Of a stretch of DNA of 64,000 nucleotides, positions 17,227 to 27,444 are shown piece after piece. The stretch's first letter is position 1, and the number at the start of each line of letters is the position of its first letter. Under the pieces are notes generated by a model. The model worked only from the letters and a program-made list of their open reading frames with translations, had not been told where the DNA came from and did no database searches. Source of the DNA: Calditrichales bacterium (lineage in GTDB: Bacteria > Calditrichota > Calditrichia > Calditrichales > J004); assembly GCA_965267575.1 (NCBI GenBank), contig OZ254086.1, positions 3,136,001 through 3,200,000 of the forward strand, in the 5' to 3' direction. Made by a program: the position numbers and the translations under genes.

Positions 17227-18172
17227 GTATGCTCCCGATGATGGCACTGGCGTGCTCCCGGGCGTTTTCGATAAACCAGCGACCCGTTTTTAGTCCGCCA
17301 ATCACCACGCCGGCCATGTAGACGCCGGGAAGGTTGGTCTCAAGTGTTTCCGGATTATGCACGGGTGTCAGGTCTTTGTCCTTTTGAATATGAAGACCCA
17401 ACTTTTTAAGGAAAGAGTAGTCGGGGCGGTAGCCGGTCATCGCCAGAACAAAATCATTCACGATAGTTATTGGGCCTTCAGGCGCTTCAATATCCACTTC
17501 TTTTTCCCGAATGGCCGTTAAGCGGCTGTTAAACCAGGCTTTGATCGAACCTTCCCTGATGCGGTTTTCGATATTGGGACGAATCCAATATTTGACGCTA
17601 TCCTTGATTTTATCGCCACGATGCACCAGGGTAACGGTGGCACCTTTGAGATAAGTTTCCAGCGCCACATCGCAAGCGGAATTGCCGGCACCCACCACAA
17701 CGAGGTTCTGACCCACATACGGATGCGGCTCATCATAGTAATGTTTCACTTTGGGCAGGTCTTCGCCCGGGATACCAAGCGTGTTGGGCGTGTCATAAAA
17801 TCCCGTGGCAATGATTATATTTTTGGCACTGTAGCGGCCTTTTGAAGTGACAACCTCGTAAGACTCCTTATTGCGCTGCAGGCTTTCCACCTTTTCATAA
17901 ACGTTGATATTAAGCTCCCACGCCTCCACAACCCGGCGAAAATATTCGAGCGACTCGCGGCGTGTCGGCTTATCACCGTGTGCGATAAACGGTACATCAC
18001 CGATTTCCAGCAGATTGGACGTAGAGAAAAACGTCATGTTGGTCGGGAAATGAAACAGGGAATTGACCAGAACACCTTTTTCGATGATCAGCGTGTTCAG
18101 TCCGTTTCTTTTTGCTTCAATGGCGCAGGTAATACCAATGGGCCCTCCGCCGATTATAATGATATCAAACAT
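17207..18172 (-). CDS. ypdA: YpdA-family flavoprotein (putative bacillithiol disulfide reductase)
   Basis: GGGPIG, EKG.LVNSL..FPTNMTFFST, KPTR.E.LEYFR, ATGFYD, GAGNSA.D, VKYWIRPNIENRI, AMTGY.PD, WFIEN.R.HA. Confidence 0.88.
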   Translation of the reverse strand: MFDIIIIGGGPIGITCAIEAKRNGLNTLIIEKGVLVNSLFHFPTNMTFFSTSNLLEIGDVPFIAHGDKPTRRESLEYFRRVVEAWELNINVYEKVESLQRNKESYEVVTSKGRYSAKNIIIATGFYDTPNTLGIPGEDLPKVKHYYDEPHPYVGQNLVVVGAGNSACDVALETYLKGATVTLVHRGDKIKDSVKYWIRPNIENRIREGSIKAWFNSRLTAIREKEVDIEAPEGPITIVNDFVLAMTGYRPDYSFLKKLGLHIQKDKDLTPVHNPETLETNLPGVYMAGVVIGGLKTGRWFIENAREHASAIIGSIQKKAAR

Positions 18173-18226
18173 TAAAAAGCTACACATTCCTTTTGTTTAT
18201 AACTATGGGCAAGTATCTGATTACCT

Positions 18227-18838
18227 CTATTCCTTTTCCAGCAGCATAAAATACTCGCGCCCTAATCGCGCCGGGTGCGAGTTATGTGCTTCCTCAAAAA
18301 CGCGAATATGGAACAACGGCTCAAAATAGGCCAGATATTCCGCTGCGTCACCACCAAACGGCGGCTTTTCCTGACCCTCTTCAAGTGGAAAAGAAAACAG
18401 TAAACCGGCCAGCTTACCACCATGTTTCAGGATTTTGTGCATATGCCGGGCATAGGCCTCCCGCTGCTGCGGATGCAAGGCGCAAAAAAAGGTCTGCTCC
18501 AGAATAAGATCGTATTTTTTGCTAATCGAAAAAAAATCAGCATGAAGCAGGCGGGCTTCCGGGAAATCAGGTACCCTTGTTTTTAGATTCTGCAAGGGCA
18601 GGCGGGATAGATCAACAACGTCAATATGGCGGAAACCTCTGTTCCAAAGGTACTCGGCCTCCCAGGCGTTTCCCGCTCCGGGAATCAGAATCTCGATAGA
18701 CTTGTCAGGCAATTGGTCTATGTAAGCTTTAAGCGGCGGGGATACATGGCCCATATCCCATGGAATGCGCTGCTCAACATAATGGGCATCCCAAAAACCG
18801 CGACCAAAATTATTGTCTGTCTTACCGTCCGCACTCAT
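18227..18838 (-). CDS. Thiopurine S-methyltransferase-like SAM-dependent methyltransferase
   Basis: FW..HY....PWDMG..SPPL, ILIPGAG, DFF, EQTFFCALHP, PPFGG. Confidence 0.85.
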   Translation of the reverse strand: MSADGKTDNNFGRGFWDAHYVEQRIPWDMGHVSPPLKAYIDQLPDKSIEILIPGAGNAWEAEYLWNRGFRHIDVVDLSRLPLQNLKTRVPDFPEARLLHADFFSISKKYDLILEQTFFCALHPQQREAYARHMHKILKHGGKLAGLLFSFPLEEGQEKPPFGGDAAEYLAYFEPLFHIRVFEEAHNSHPARLGREYFMLLEKE

Positions 18839-18840
18839 TT

Positions 18841-19977
18841 TTATTTGCCGCTGCCGTAAACCTTTTCGTAAACATCCTGGTAATTTTCTTTCATCTTTTC
18901 CAGCGCAAAGTGGCCAGCCGCATGTTGCGCCGCTCCTTGAGACATTTTTTTTCTAAATTCCGGTTCATCTATCAATCGGCCCAGCGCCGCCGACAACTGT
19001 TCAACATTATCGGATTCAAATAAGATTCCGGTCTGCTCATGGTTCACCAGTTCCGGGTTGCCGCCAACACGCGAAGCCACCACGGGCAGACCACAGGTCA
19101 TGGCTTCCTGTATCACATTAGAGCAACCTTCGCTAAGCGAGGGCAGAGCAAAAATATCAAAGCCGTTTAAGAAGCCCGCAACATCCTTGCGAATTCCCGC
19201 AAACTGAATGTGCTCTTTCACGTCCAGATCCTGCGCCAGCTTTTCCAGTTGCGGCCGCAGAGAATTGAGCCTTGAATCACCAACGATGGTAATCAGAAAA
19301 GAGCGTTTTTCTTTTTTTAGTTGCTGCGCCGCCCGCACCAGAAGCTGCTGGTTTTTTACCTTTACCGTTCGGCCAACCGTTCCAATCCATAGTGTGTCGG
19401 GGTTGTTCAGATTCTCTTGTCTGTACTGTCTACGCATTTCCGCATCACGATGGAAGACTGCCGTATCCACGCCGTTATAAATGGTCTTTATTTTTGCACG
19501 CGGGTAGCCTGTAACTTCCGCCAGTTTATCGGCCAGTTCGCCGGAAACGGAAAGCACCTGATCACAACGGCGGAAAAAGATATTTTGAATGGTGCGATGC
19601 GGAAATCCTTTGGGAAAAGTGCCGTGCTCTCCGTGAATGATCTTCGGGACACCTGCCAGCCGTGCCGCCAGAACGCCCTCCACAAGCGTGCCCCAGGAAT
19701 GGGTGTGCACGATATCGATCTTATGTTCGCGAAAGTAGCGGGCAAGCTTGTAGATTAATGACGGGTCATTGCCGGGTTTTTTATTCAGCGCGTGCAGAAC
19801 GGTCTTGTCCGTATCCAGGGTCAGTGCGTCAAACACCTTATCAAACACGATCAGGTATGGGGCGTAACGTTCGGCATCCAGGGCATTCAGCAGCTTTACG
19901 ATCCCGGTTTCCTTGCCGGCCGGCCCCAAATAATTGACCAGGTGCGCGACGCGGATTTTTCTCCTGCCCTCACTCAT
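18841..19977 (-). CDS. GT4-family glycosyltransferase
   Basis: DIVHTH.WG, IHGEHG, IYNGVD, VGR..VKNQ, PSLSEGCSNVIQEAM.CGLPVVASRVGGNPELV; start may be 19977 or 20019. Confidence 0.9.
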   Translation of the reverse strand: MSEGRRKIRVAHLVNYLGPAGKETGIVKLLNALDAERYAPYLIVFDKVFDALTLDTDKTVLHALNKKPGNDPSLIYKLARYFREHKIDIVHTHSWGTLVEGVLAARLAGVPKIIHGEHGTFPKGFPHRTIQNIFFRRCDQVLSVSGELADKLAEVTGYPRAKIKTIYNGVDTAVFHRDAEMRRQYRQENLNNPDTLWIGTVGRTVKVKNQQLLVRAAQQLKKEKRSFLITIVGDSRLNSLRPQLEKLAQDLDVKEHIQFAGIRKDVAGFLNGFDIFALPSLSEGCSNVIQEAMTCGLPVVASRVGGNPELVNHEQTGILFESDNVEQLSAALGRLIDEPEFRKKMSQGAAQHAAGHFALEKMKENYQDVYEKVYGSGK

Positions 19978-21160
19978 GTCCCGGAACCCTGTCTCTGAAC
20001 TGTTGACAGATGTATTCATGCAGACGTTTTAAAAAAGGCAGCGGGTCATCAAAGGCGAAAATGGGTGTATTAAAGGATGGCTTTGCGGCGCCAAGGAAAT
20101 GAAGCAGGCCTTTTTCCTTTTGCCGGAAATTTTCATAGCGGGCTTTTACCTCCGGCCACCAATAAATGTGCTTAACGCCCGTTTTATAAGTGTCGACAGG
20201 ATCAATTTTATCCTGCAGCAAATCTTTAAGGGCCAATTCGATAATATTTATGGAACAGCTCGCCGGGAACAGATTGTACCACCAGCTACGGGCGTTCAAT
20301 TCGATAAATTTATATTTGTCCTTACCGGAGTCATATTTCACTTCAAGGCTGAAGATGCCCCTGTATTGCGTATGTTCAAGCAGCTTTTTCATGTTTGAAA
20401 CGGCGGGCCTGATCTCATCCTGCGCGATGGAAACCATCGATGTGCTGTTGCCCCAGCGCGGCGGGTACATATGCAGTCTGCGCCTGGCAAAGAGCGCCGC
20501 CAACGTTCCGTTTTTGTCCACATAGCCGTCAATAAAGTAATGCAGCTCGGAAAAACCGGGCACTATTTCCGTAATCATCATTTCCAGATCATTTTCCCTG
20601 CAGAGATCAAGGTATTTATCCAATTCCTGCGCGTTGTTTACCGTAAAGCCTTTCAATCCCTGAAACTTTTCTCTGAACAGGTGCGATTGTTGCGGCTTTA
20701 GGAAAAGCGGAAACTCGTAGTCGGAAAATTCTTCCGCGCGGGCGTCTTTGTCCACAATATCTGTTTTTGGGTAGGGAATATGTAATTTTTCCAGGAGACT
20801 GTAAAAGCTCCATTTATCAATAAAAAGATCCAGAGCTTTTTTGTCGGGAATGTTTACATACAGATTTTGGACACGTTCTTTTATTTCTGCCAGCGCGGTC
20901 AGGGACTTGTCGGAGCTGGGAAATACACAAAGCGCCGCATCTGGGTTTTCCGTCCCGATTTCTTCAAGGACCCCCGCAAGAATGTTTGGATCGCTTGAAA
21001 CACCATCCTTTATAATAAGCCTTGAACAGTAACGGGATTTTGCCGCGTAATTTTTGCCCTCAGCCAGCGCGATTACTTTCACCCCGCTTCGGCCCAGATT
21101 CCTTATCAGGCCCAAACCGTTAATACCGAGTCCAATTACAATAGCTATCGCATTCTTCAT
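19970..21160 (-). CDS. ATP-grasp carboxylate-amine ligase (D-aspartate ligase-like)
   Basis: GINGLGLIRNLGRSG, SRYC, DK..FY, FPLFLKP, EIVPG, GIFSLEVKYD...YKFIELNAR. Confidence 0.8.
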   Translation of the reverse strand: MKNAIAIVIGLGINGLGLIRNLGRSGVKVIALAEGKNYAAKSRYCSRLIIKDGVSSDPNILAGVLEEIGTENPDAALCVFPSSDKSLTALAEIKERVQNLYVNIPDKKALDLFIDKWSFYSLLEKLHIPYPKTDIVDKDARAEEFSDYEFPLFLKPQQSHLFREKFQGLKGFTVNNAQELDKYLDLCRENDLEMMITEIVPGFSELHYFIDGYVDKNGTLAALFARRRLHMYPPRWGNSTSMVSIAQDEIRPAVSNMKKLLEHTQYRGIFSLEVKYDSGKDKYKFIELNARSWWYNLFPASCSINIIELALKDLLQDKIDPVDTYKTGVKHIYWWPEVKARYENFRQKEKGLLHFLGAAKPSFNTPIFAFDDPLPFLKRLHEYICQQFRDRVPGHE

Positions 21161-21216
21161 ATAATGTTCTTTTCGGATTGTTTGATCGCCACGGGAGCGT
21201 CCCTCTGTTGCGGTTA

Positions 21217-21870
21217 TCATTTTTTCAGCCATTGGGCCAGTTTCTTATGACCGCCCTCCAAGGCAAGCTCCACGGGTGTTCGGCCGTCTTCCATTTGGGA
21301 GTCTTTCTTTGCGCCCCTGGCCACCAGCAGTGCAGCCATGCTGTCGTCGCCCCTGTGCGCCGCGGAATGCAGGGCTGTAACGCCCTTGGCCTGTTTCATA
21401 TTCGGGTCTGCGAGATTATCCAGCAAAAGCCGGGCAATTTCCAGGTTTCCGGTTGCTGCCGCTGAATGCAGCGCCGTCACCTTAAAGTCATTCTGTGCCG
21501 CTGCGTTGATTTCCGCGCCTTTTGTGAGCAAATAAGCCACAACCTCGGTTTGTCCAAAAAACGTAGCCAGGCCCAGCGCACTGAAGCCATCGGCGGCCGG
21601 CCGGTTGATCATATCAGGAAGTTCGGCAAGAACCAGCTCAAGTTGAAGCAAATCGCCCAGCGCGGCGGCTTCATAAATGTTCAGGCTTTTGTAATGATCA
21701 CGGATGGTTTCAACCAGTTTTTTGTTCCTGTGGTAGGCGGCCAGCATTAAAGGCGATATACCCGAAGGCAATACCTGTGTGGCCAGACGTGCCTTTTTCT
21801 GCAGCAGTTTTTTTACAGCCAGCACATCGCCTTTGCTGATCAGATCCTGCAGTATCTTGCTATCGGACAT
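21217..21870 (-). CDS. Ankyrin-repeat protein
   Basis: Repeated G.SPL..A / TALH.AA..G motifs ([42 protein letters not shown]). Confidence 0.9.
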   Translation of the reverse strand: MSDSKILQDLISKGDVLAVKKLLQKKARLATQVLPSGISPLMLAAYHRNKKLVETIRDHYKSLNIYEAAALGDLLQLELVLAELPDMINRPAADGFSALGLATFFGQTEVVAYLLTKGAEINAAAQNDFKVTALHSAAATGNLEIARLLLDNLADPNMKQAKGVTALHSAAHRGDDSMAALLVARGAKKDSQMEDGRTPVELALEGGHKKLAQWLKK

Positions 21871-22891
21871 AAACGGTTTTCTCCTGCCGTCCAGTAAGCT
21901 TTCCAAATGGTTTCAGATCGTAGCCCTCAGAGCGCACAAACGTTTCGAATTCCGCGGCACTTTCTTCACGGACGGCGACCAGCAAACCACCGCTTGTCTG
22001 CGGATCGCATAAAATGTTGCGCTGCGGTTCAGTCATCCCGGCTATGCTGCTGCCGTAGCTGTCATGATTGCGTTTTGTGCCACCGGGAAAGCACTTATTA
22101 TCGACATATTTTTCAAGATTTTTCAATAAAGGTACGTTTTTCGCTTCGACTTCAGCGCTTAGTTTGCTGCCATCGCATATCTCAATCAGGTGACCCATAA
22201 GGCCAAAACCGGTCACGTCGGTCATGCAGGTCACATAGTCCAGCCGCCCCAGTTGTTCGCCGATGTCGTTTGGCTTCAGCATCAGTTCAATCACAAGTTG
22301 TTCGTCCTCCCTTTGCAGAAGCCCCCTCTTTTGTGCCGTGGTCATAATGCCTATGCCGATTGGCTTGGTCAGATAAAGCAGGCTTCCCGCCAGTGCCATG
22401 TCGTTACTGCGCAGGTGTTTTTTATCCGCCAGGCCGGTTACCGCCAACCCGAAGATCGGTTCCGGTGCGTCGATACTGTGGCCGCCTGCCAAAGGAATAC
22501 CTGCCTTCGCGCAGGCTTCACGCGCTCCTTCCAGCACTTCTCCGGCTACTTCCGCAGCCAGTTTATCCACGGGCCAGCCAAGTATGGCGATGGCCATTAA
22601 AGGCGATCCGCCCATGGCATACACATCACTGATGGCGTTTACCGAAGCGATGCCGCCAAAATGCTTTGGATCATCCACGATTGGCATAAAGAAGTCGGTT
22701 GTACTAATTACGACGCGTTGCTCGTCAATGGCATAAACGGCAGCATCATCGCGGGCATCGTTGCCCACTAGCAGGTTAGGGTGCGGCAACTGCTTGCCGG
22801 CACGCTCAAGGATAGAGCTAAGCACCTGCGGCGCAATTTTGCAGCCACAGCCGGCACCATGGGAGTAGGCGGTAAGTTTTATTTTTTCCAT
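21860..22891 (-). CDS. selD: Selenide, water dikinase (selenophosphate synthetase), Cys form
   Basis: [66 protein letters not shown]. Confidence 0.95.
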   Translation of the reverse strand: MEKIKLTAYSHGAGCGCKIAPQVLSSILERAGKQLPHPNLLVGNDARDDAAVYAIDEQRVVISTTDFFMPIVDDPKHFGGIASVNAISDVYAMGGSPLMAIAILGWPVDKLAAEVAGEVLEGAREACAKAGIPLAGGHSIDAPEPIFGLAVTGLADKKHLRSNDMALAGSLLYLTKPIGIGIMTTAQKRGLLQREDEQLVIELMLKPNDIGEQLGRLDYVTCMTDVTGFGLMGHLIEICDGSKLSAEVEAKNVPLLKNLEKYVDNKCFPGGTKRNHDSYGSSIAGMTEPQRNILCDPQTSGGLLVAVREESAAEFETFVRSEGYDLKPFGKLTGRQEKTVYVR

Positions 22892-23934
22892 ATTGAGTTA
22901 TCCGTTTTTCTTATTTCCTTTAACAGGATTTGCGCATTGGCGGCGGCATCTTCATGGGGCAGAGTAATGTCGGCCACAATTTTATCATGAAAACGTTCGC
23001 GGCTGTGGCGGTAGCTTTGATCGTAGTATTCCAGCAGGCCCCCTGCTACTTCCGCCAGCTTATTTTGCGCTAACAGCTCCTGCAGTTCACCAACCTTTTT
23101 GCCACCCAGTTTTTCTTTCAGTTTGCCGATATTATCGCTCAGGATTTCGCTGGGAAGGGGTCCGTATTCCTCAACAAGCCGCCTTACACGATAGGCTTCT
23201 GGGAGATCAATCATGACCATGGGCGCTTGCTTCATCACTTGCCACAGGTTATCCGGCAAATGCACGCGTCCGATTGTCGGGCTTTCAGCCTCCAGCCAGA
23301 TACGCCGGCTCAAATCCATATTGCGCAGGGCCATATAGAGATCGTTGTGAAACTGCTCGCTGCTAGGCTGGCTGCTATTATGGTCTGCCCCAAAAGCGGA
23401 TCCTTTGTGGCAGGCAATCGCCTCCAGGTCTAAAGCCTGTTCACCGCAACATGCCAGCTCGCGCAGTATCGCCGTTTTTCCACAGCCCGTCGGCCCCTGC
23501 AAAACGAGTGGCCTTTCGATCTTTAAAAAGGTCTGCATCATCAGCCGGCGAAATGCTTTATAGCCGCCTTTGAGAACAAAACACTGCAGACCGGTCAGTT
23601 CAAACAGCCAGGCCATCTTTTCGCTGCGCATCCCGCCGCGCCAGCAGTAAACATAGCGCTTGGCATCTGCGTCAAGTTTCTGCGCTTGCCGTGCCATGGC
23701 GCTCATTTTCGGGCCTACAAACTCCAGCCCCTTCTGTATGGCCTGAATCCTTCCAAGCTGTTTATATACGATACCCACATTATGGCGTTCTTCATTGGAA
23801 AAAAGCGGAATATTCACTGCACCCGGTATATGTCCGGCTTCATATTCCGCCGGAGAACGCACATCGATAACAGGCGCATTATCCGCATATGTCAGGTATT
23901 CGTTTGCTTCAAGATATTTCACATTGTTGCTCAT
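22879..23934 (-). CDS. mnmH: tRNA 2-selenouridine synthase
   Basis: Rhodanese [30 protein letters not shown]-loop [24 protein letters not shown]; overlaps selD. Confidence 0.92.
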   Translation of the reverse strand: MSNNVKYLEANEYLTYADNAPVIDVRSPAEYEAGHIPGAVNIPLFSNEERHNVGIVYKQLGRIQAIQKGLEFVGPKMSAMARQAQKLDADAKRYVYCWRGGMRSEKMAWLFELTGLQCFVLKGGYKAFRRLMMQTFLKIERPLVLQGPTGCGKTAILRELACCGEQALDLEAIACHKGSAFGADHNSSQPSSEQFHNDLYMALRNMDLSRRIWLEAESPTIGRVHLPDNLWQVMKQAPMVMIDLPEAYRVRRLVEEYGPLPSEILSDNIGKLKEKLGGKKVGELQELLAQNKLAEVAGGLLEYYDQSYRHSRERFHDKIVADITLPHEDAAANAQILLKEIRKTDNSIWKK

Positions 23935-24014
23935 ATTATTTCAGGAAAAACAAATATACATAAAATGTGTGGATGTTTGCAGGGGAGTTTGTCTGTTTGG
24001 CTGCCCGGCGGTAA

Positions 24015-24449
24015 TTAAATGGCAAGCTCCATAAACACGGCCGATGAGGGGCAGATTTCCCTGAATTCCCTGCTGCCGCGTATGGCATCAGGAGCTTTGT
24101 CGCGGTGGATTTCATTAAAGCCAAATAAGGTGAAATAGCTTTCCGCAGTGGTCGTAAGCAGATAGATTGTTTTCAGGCCTTTTGCTTTGGCGTGTTCAAG
24201 CACCTTTTTCGTGACAATTTTGCCCAGGCCCTCGCCGCGCTTTGCCGGTGCAACCGCCACTGAGCGCAGCAGGCCGGCGTCTCCGTAAAATTCAATCGCC
24301 GCGCAAGCGATGATTGTATTATCCTCAAGCAGGAAAAACGTTTGCAGGGAAAGGTCAATATCGTCAACCGGCAGATCGCACTCCGCCAGAAGCCGCTTGA
24401 TTGCGGGCAGATCCGTATTCCGGGCAACACGTGGAAGCAGGGCATTCAT
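24015..24449 (-). CDS. GNAT N-acetyltransferase, ArsN2-like
   Basis: LLRSVAV...RG.GLG, YLLTTTA..YF..FGF, C-terminal S.EF..ICPSSAVFM. Confidence 0.75.
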   Translation of the reverse strand: MNALLPRVARNTDLPAIKRLLAECDLPVDDIDLSLQTFFLLEDNTIIACAAIEFYGDAGLLRSVAVAPAKRGEGLGKIVTKKVLEHAKAKGLKTIYLLTTTAESYFTLFGFNEIHRDKAPDAIRGSREFREICPSSAVFMELAI

Positions 24450-24451
24450 AT

Positions 24452-24859
24452 TTAAAAAAACATGCGTATAACTTTGCGCGCAACTATTGAGAGGACGCCC
24501 ATGGCGAATCCCGTTGCTGCCCCGGTCATCGGGCCAATGATTAGCAGGATAACCATGCGCGGGCTCATGCCTTGCGGCAGTTTGCTGAAGCCGGCGGCAG
24601 CGCGCACGTTATTGGCAACATACATTTCATAAAAGGCCGATTGTATCATGCCGTTTAAAATGCCCCAAAAGAGACCTATGATCAATAGTTGAATAAACAT
24701 CCACATGGTGGAATCAACGTTTTTCAGCATGACAAGGACGGTGAACAATCCCAGGAAAAGCCACAGGTAGAGCTCAATGTTCTGCGTATAGCCCTTCAGC
24801 GAAAGGATGCCCATAAACAGGGCCGGCAGAGAAAGAATAATCAATAAAAACCAATTCAT
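24452..24859 (-). CDS. Hypothetical membrane protein (about four TM helices)
   Basis: Hydrophobic 135-aa ORF, 2 nt from the next co-directional gene. Confidence 0.7.
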   Translation of the reverse strand: MNWFLLIILSLPALFMGILSLKGYTQNIELYLWLFLGLFTVLVMLKNVDSTMWMFIQLLIIGLFWGILNGMIQSAFYEMYVANNVRAAAGFSKLPQGMSPRMVILLIIGPMTGAATGFAMGVLSIVARKVIRMFF

Positions 24860-24925
24860 AGAAATACGCTTTTTTGTATAAGCGCAATATTAACACAAAA
24901 GCTTGAAAGGTAAAAATGGAATTAT

Positions 24926-24951
24926 AAAAAAGCCCGCCGGAAGCGGGCTTT
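24926..24951 (-). terminator. Intrinsic terminator of the cytochrome c gene
   Basis: Minus strand reads AAAGCCCGC-TTCCG-GCGGGCTTTTTT, a perfect stem plus U tract about 15 nt after the stop at 24966. Confidence 0.8.
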
Positions 24952-24965
24952 CGTTGTTTCGCTGA

Positions 24966-25952
24966 TTATTTAGATGCCATGGCTGCTGCCGGCGTAAAAC
25001 GCTCCGGCAAATGATTAACCGGTTCCAGCGACATCAGGTAATCGTAAATGGCGCCAAGGTCGCTCTCTTTCATGCCGGCATACTGTATCCAGGGCATGAT
25101 CGTGTTAAAGCTGCCCGGATCAACCGCATGCGGCGTATAGGTGCTGTCGGCATATTTTTTAAATTTTGCAATAAACTCTTCGCGGCTGAGATTGCCGATA
25201 CCCGTCTCTTTGTCCGGTGTAATATTGGCCGACCTTACGACGTCACCGGATGGCAGCTTGAATTCCATGCCACCGGCATATTGCATGCCTGCCACCGGCT
25301 TTCCCTGTTCCATCGGCGTGTGGCAATCTCCGCAGGAAGCCATAGTAATTACATATTTCCCATAGGCAATTTTATCCGCTGTATCCGGCCGTGCGCCGCG
25401 CTCGCTGACTGTTGGCATAAGATTAATGATAAAGTTCATCGGGAATTTGGTGGTGGATGGCTCCATCTCACCTTCAACCGGCGGCAATGTCCGGATATAT
25501 GCGATCATAGCGTAGATGTCTTCGTCGCTCAGTTGCGCGTAATTGGCCCATGGCATTATCGGGAAAAGAGCATCACCGTCTTTATTAACGCCTGCCGTGA
25601 TGGCGCGGTAAATTTCGCCGTCCGTCCAATCGCCAAGTTTGGCGGGCGTAATGTTTTTGGCGGTAAAATAACCGACCTCCGTATCAAAGACCTCACCGCC
25701 GGCGCCTTCTGTTCCGGCAACACGCGGTCCGGCGAATTTTGTCATATCACGGTGCGCGTGACAATCGGTACACAAAGCAACATTCTCAACCAGGTAGCGT
25801 CCGCGTTCAACACGCTCCGGCGTTATCTCAACTTTAATGTCCGGAGCGGGGCCGACATCAGGCAAAGCAAAACTGACATAAGACAAAGCCCCGGCCACGA
25901 TAATCACAATGGCCAACAATGGATATAATACAAATAAACGCAATTTGCGCAT
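24966..25952 (-). CDS. Membrane-anchored diheme cytochrome c
   Basis: N-terminal TM; two CxxCH motifs (CTDCH, CGDCH); RG.YL, NITP and MPW motifs each occur twice. Confidence 0.9.
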   Translation of the reverse strand: MRKLRLFVLYPLLAIVIIVAGALSYVSFALPDVGPAPDIKVEITPERVERGRYLVENVALCTDCHAHRDMTKFAGPRVAGTEGAGGEVFDTEVGYFTAKNITPAKLGDWTDGEIYRAITAGVNKDGDALFPIMPWANYAQLSDEDIYAMIAYIRTLPPVEGEMEPSTTKFPMNFIINLMPTVSERGARPDTADKIAYGKYVITMASCGDCHTPMEQGKPVAGMQYAGGMEFKLPSGDVVRSANITPDKETGIGNLSREEFIAKFKKYADSTYTPHAVDPGSFNTIMPWIQYAGMKESDLGAIYDYLMSLEPVNHLPERFTPAAAMASK

Positions 25953-26073
25953 AAGTGCCCCCTCAGTAATGTTTGGTTAGTGCTTTAAAAAAACGTTGGA
26001 TGGAAGGCGCAATATTAGCAACGGGCAAGGGCTATTGCAAGAGTGAACATTTCTAATTTATTAATTTGTGTGT

Positions 26074-26475
26074 CTAATCAAGAAAATAGGGGCGTTCTTC
26101 TTCAGCCGGCAGCCGGCAGCTTTCCCGCCGGCCAAACCAGCGGTATCTGTTGCGGGCAATCAAATTGTAAAGGCGGTCTCGAAAAGCCCGCGGAAACAGC
26201 ACGCCCAATCTGAAAATGTGCAGCCAGCCGCCAAGATCGCGGCAAATCTCCATAAAGGCGGCCGAACGCAACCAGGTTTGACCTTCTTTATAATAAACGA
26301 CGGAATCTACATCTTTGCGTATTTCCGGGGGGAGCATCTCGCTGGCCGTGCTGCCCTGCAGCGGCGCAAAGCGCAGCAGACGATGCTTGTCGCGCGCCAG
26401 CAAAAAATCCACGCTGCCGTTGCATAAAATGCAAAAACCATCAAAAAAGACAATGCGTGGATTGTTATTTGCCAT
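26074..26475 (-). CDS. DCC1-like thiol-disulfide oxidoreductase (DUF393)
   Basis: FDGFCILCNG, FAPLQ, RD.LY..IARNRYRWFG..C. Confidence 0.9.
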   Translation of the reverse strand: MANNNPRIVFFDGFCILCNGSVDFLLARDKHRLLRFAPLQGSTASEMLPPEIRKDVDSVVYYKEGQTWLRSAAFMEICRDLGGWLHIFRLGVLFPRAFRDRLYNLIARNRYRWFGRRESCRLPAEEERPYFLD

Positions 26476-26481
26476 AACCGG

Positions 26482-27444
26482 TTACAGCAGATCAAGCAGG
26501 CGGATCAGGTAAACAAGAAAGATGCTGATCAGAAAACCCGCGAAAACCTTACCCAGATCGGCCTGGATCATACGAGCTGTTTTCTTACGGATCTTACGTT
26601 TACGAACATAATTAATGGCAAATTCGCGGCCACCCAAAATACCGATAAAGGCCCAGGTTGTACTCATCGGGATAGGGTTTACCACGGTAAATACAAACAG
26701 CCCCAATCCGTAAACAGCGTCTATGATTGTGGCGCTGCGAATATCGGACGTATTGGTTTTAGAGGTAACAATTTTCTGGATGCGCCCGCCGCGGATCTTC
26801 ATTAAGACAGCCAGCAGGACCAATAGCACAAACAGCGAAATAAGCAGAACCGGAAAATCGAGCTGCCGTGGCAAATAGACGTAGATATTTGCGAAATCCT
26901 GAATAAGCCACTGCCACCACAAAAATCCTGTAGTAACCCACTGCCCGGCAATCCACCAGGGATGGCTTTTATTCTCTTCTCCGGATAAGCTGGATTTTAT
27001 AAAGCGCATTTCGATACGCCGGGAAATGATTAGATAAACAATAAACGACAGTGAAAACGTTGCCATGTAAGCGACAACGGACTTAATGATCATTTTCTCA
27101 ATGACCTGGCTGGTAGAAAAAGCGCTCAATATCATAAAAGTTGTGCTAACGGGCATGCCAAATCGGGTAATGATAAGCAAAACGACAGGCGGCAGAATGA
27201 GCCACCATCTAAATTCATCGGGAAAGCCTATCGAGGAAAGGCGGCCATAGCTGACATCGCCATTATAAAAATACCACCCGGTTAGCAGTGCCGCCGTTAA
27301 AATGGTTGCGGCATAAAGCCATAAAATCCACCAGCGCCTCTCCCTGTTGGAAGAAAGAAAGGTACCGAGGGTCTGGATAACATCATTGGCGATTACGGCG
27401 TAGGCCGCGATTACAAATCCAATGGCGGGGAGAATCCATTCCAT
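26482..27444 (-). CDS. Multi-TM transporter related to the PiT/PHO4 phosphate transporter family
   Basis: ANDVIQTLGTF, GMPVSTT, QDFANI, PMSTTW duplicated signature; about nine TM helices. Confidence 0.65.
   Translation of the reverse strand: MEWILPAIGFVIAAYAVIANDVIQTLGTFLSSNRERRWWILWLYAATILTAALLTGWYFYNGDVSYGRLSSIGFPDEFRWWLILPPVVLLIITRFGMPVSTTFMILSAFSTSQVIEKMIIKSVVAYMATFSLSFIVYLIISRRIEMRFIKSSLSGEENKSHPWWIAGQWVTTGFLWWQWLIQDFANIYVYLPRQLDFPVLLISLFVLLVLLAVLMKIRGGRIQKIVTSKTNTSDIRSATIIDAVYGLGLFVFTVVNPIPMSTTWAFIGILGGREFAINYVRKRKIRKKTARMIQADLGKVFAGFLISIFLVYLIRLLDLL

Noticed and set aside
22830..22891. Selenocysteine-containing SelD
   Set aside because: The N-terminus reads GAGCGCK with Cys codons in an uninterrupted ORF.
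18841..22891. Canonical selenoneine (senABC) or bacillithiol (bshABC) cluster
   Set aside because: No EgtB/SenA-like, BshB-like or BshC-like gene is present; the GT4 cannot be assigned to SenB or BshA by eye.
25011..25928. 305-aa plus-strand ORF
   Set aside because: Antisense shadow of the diheme cytochrome c gene.
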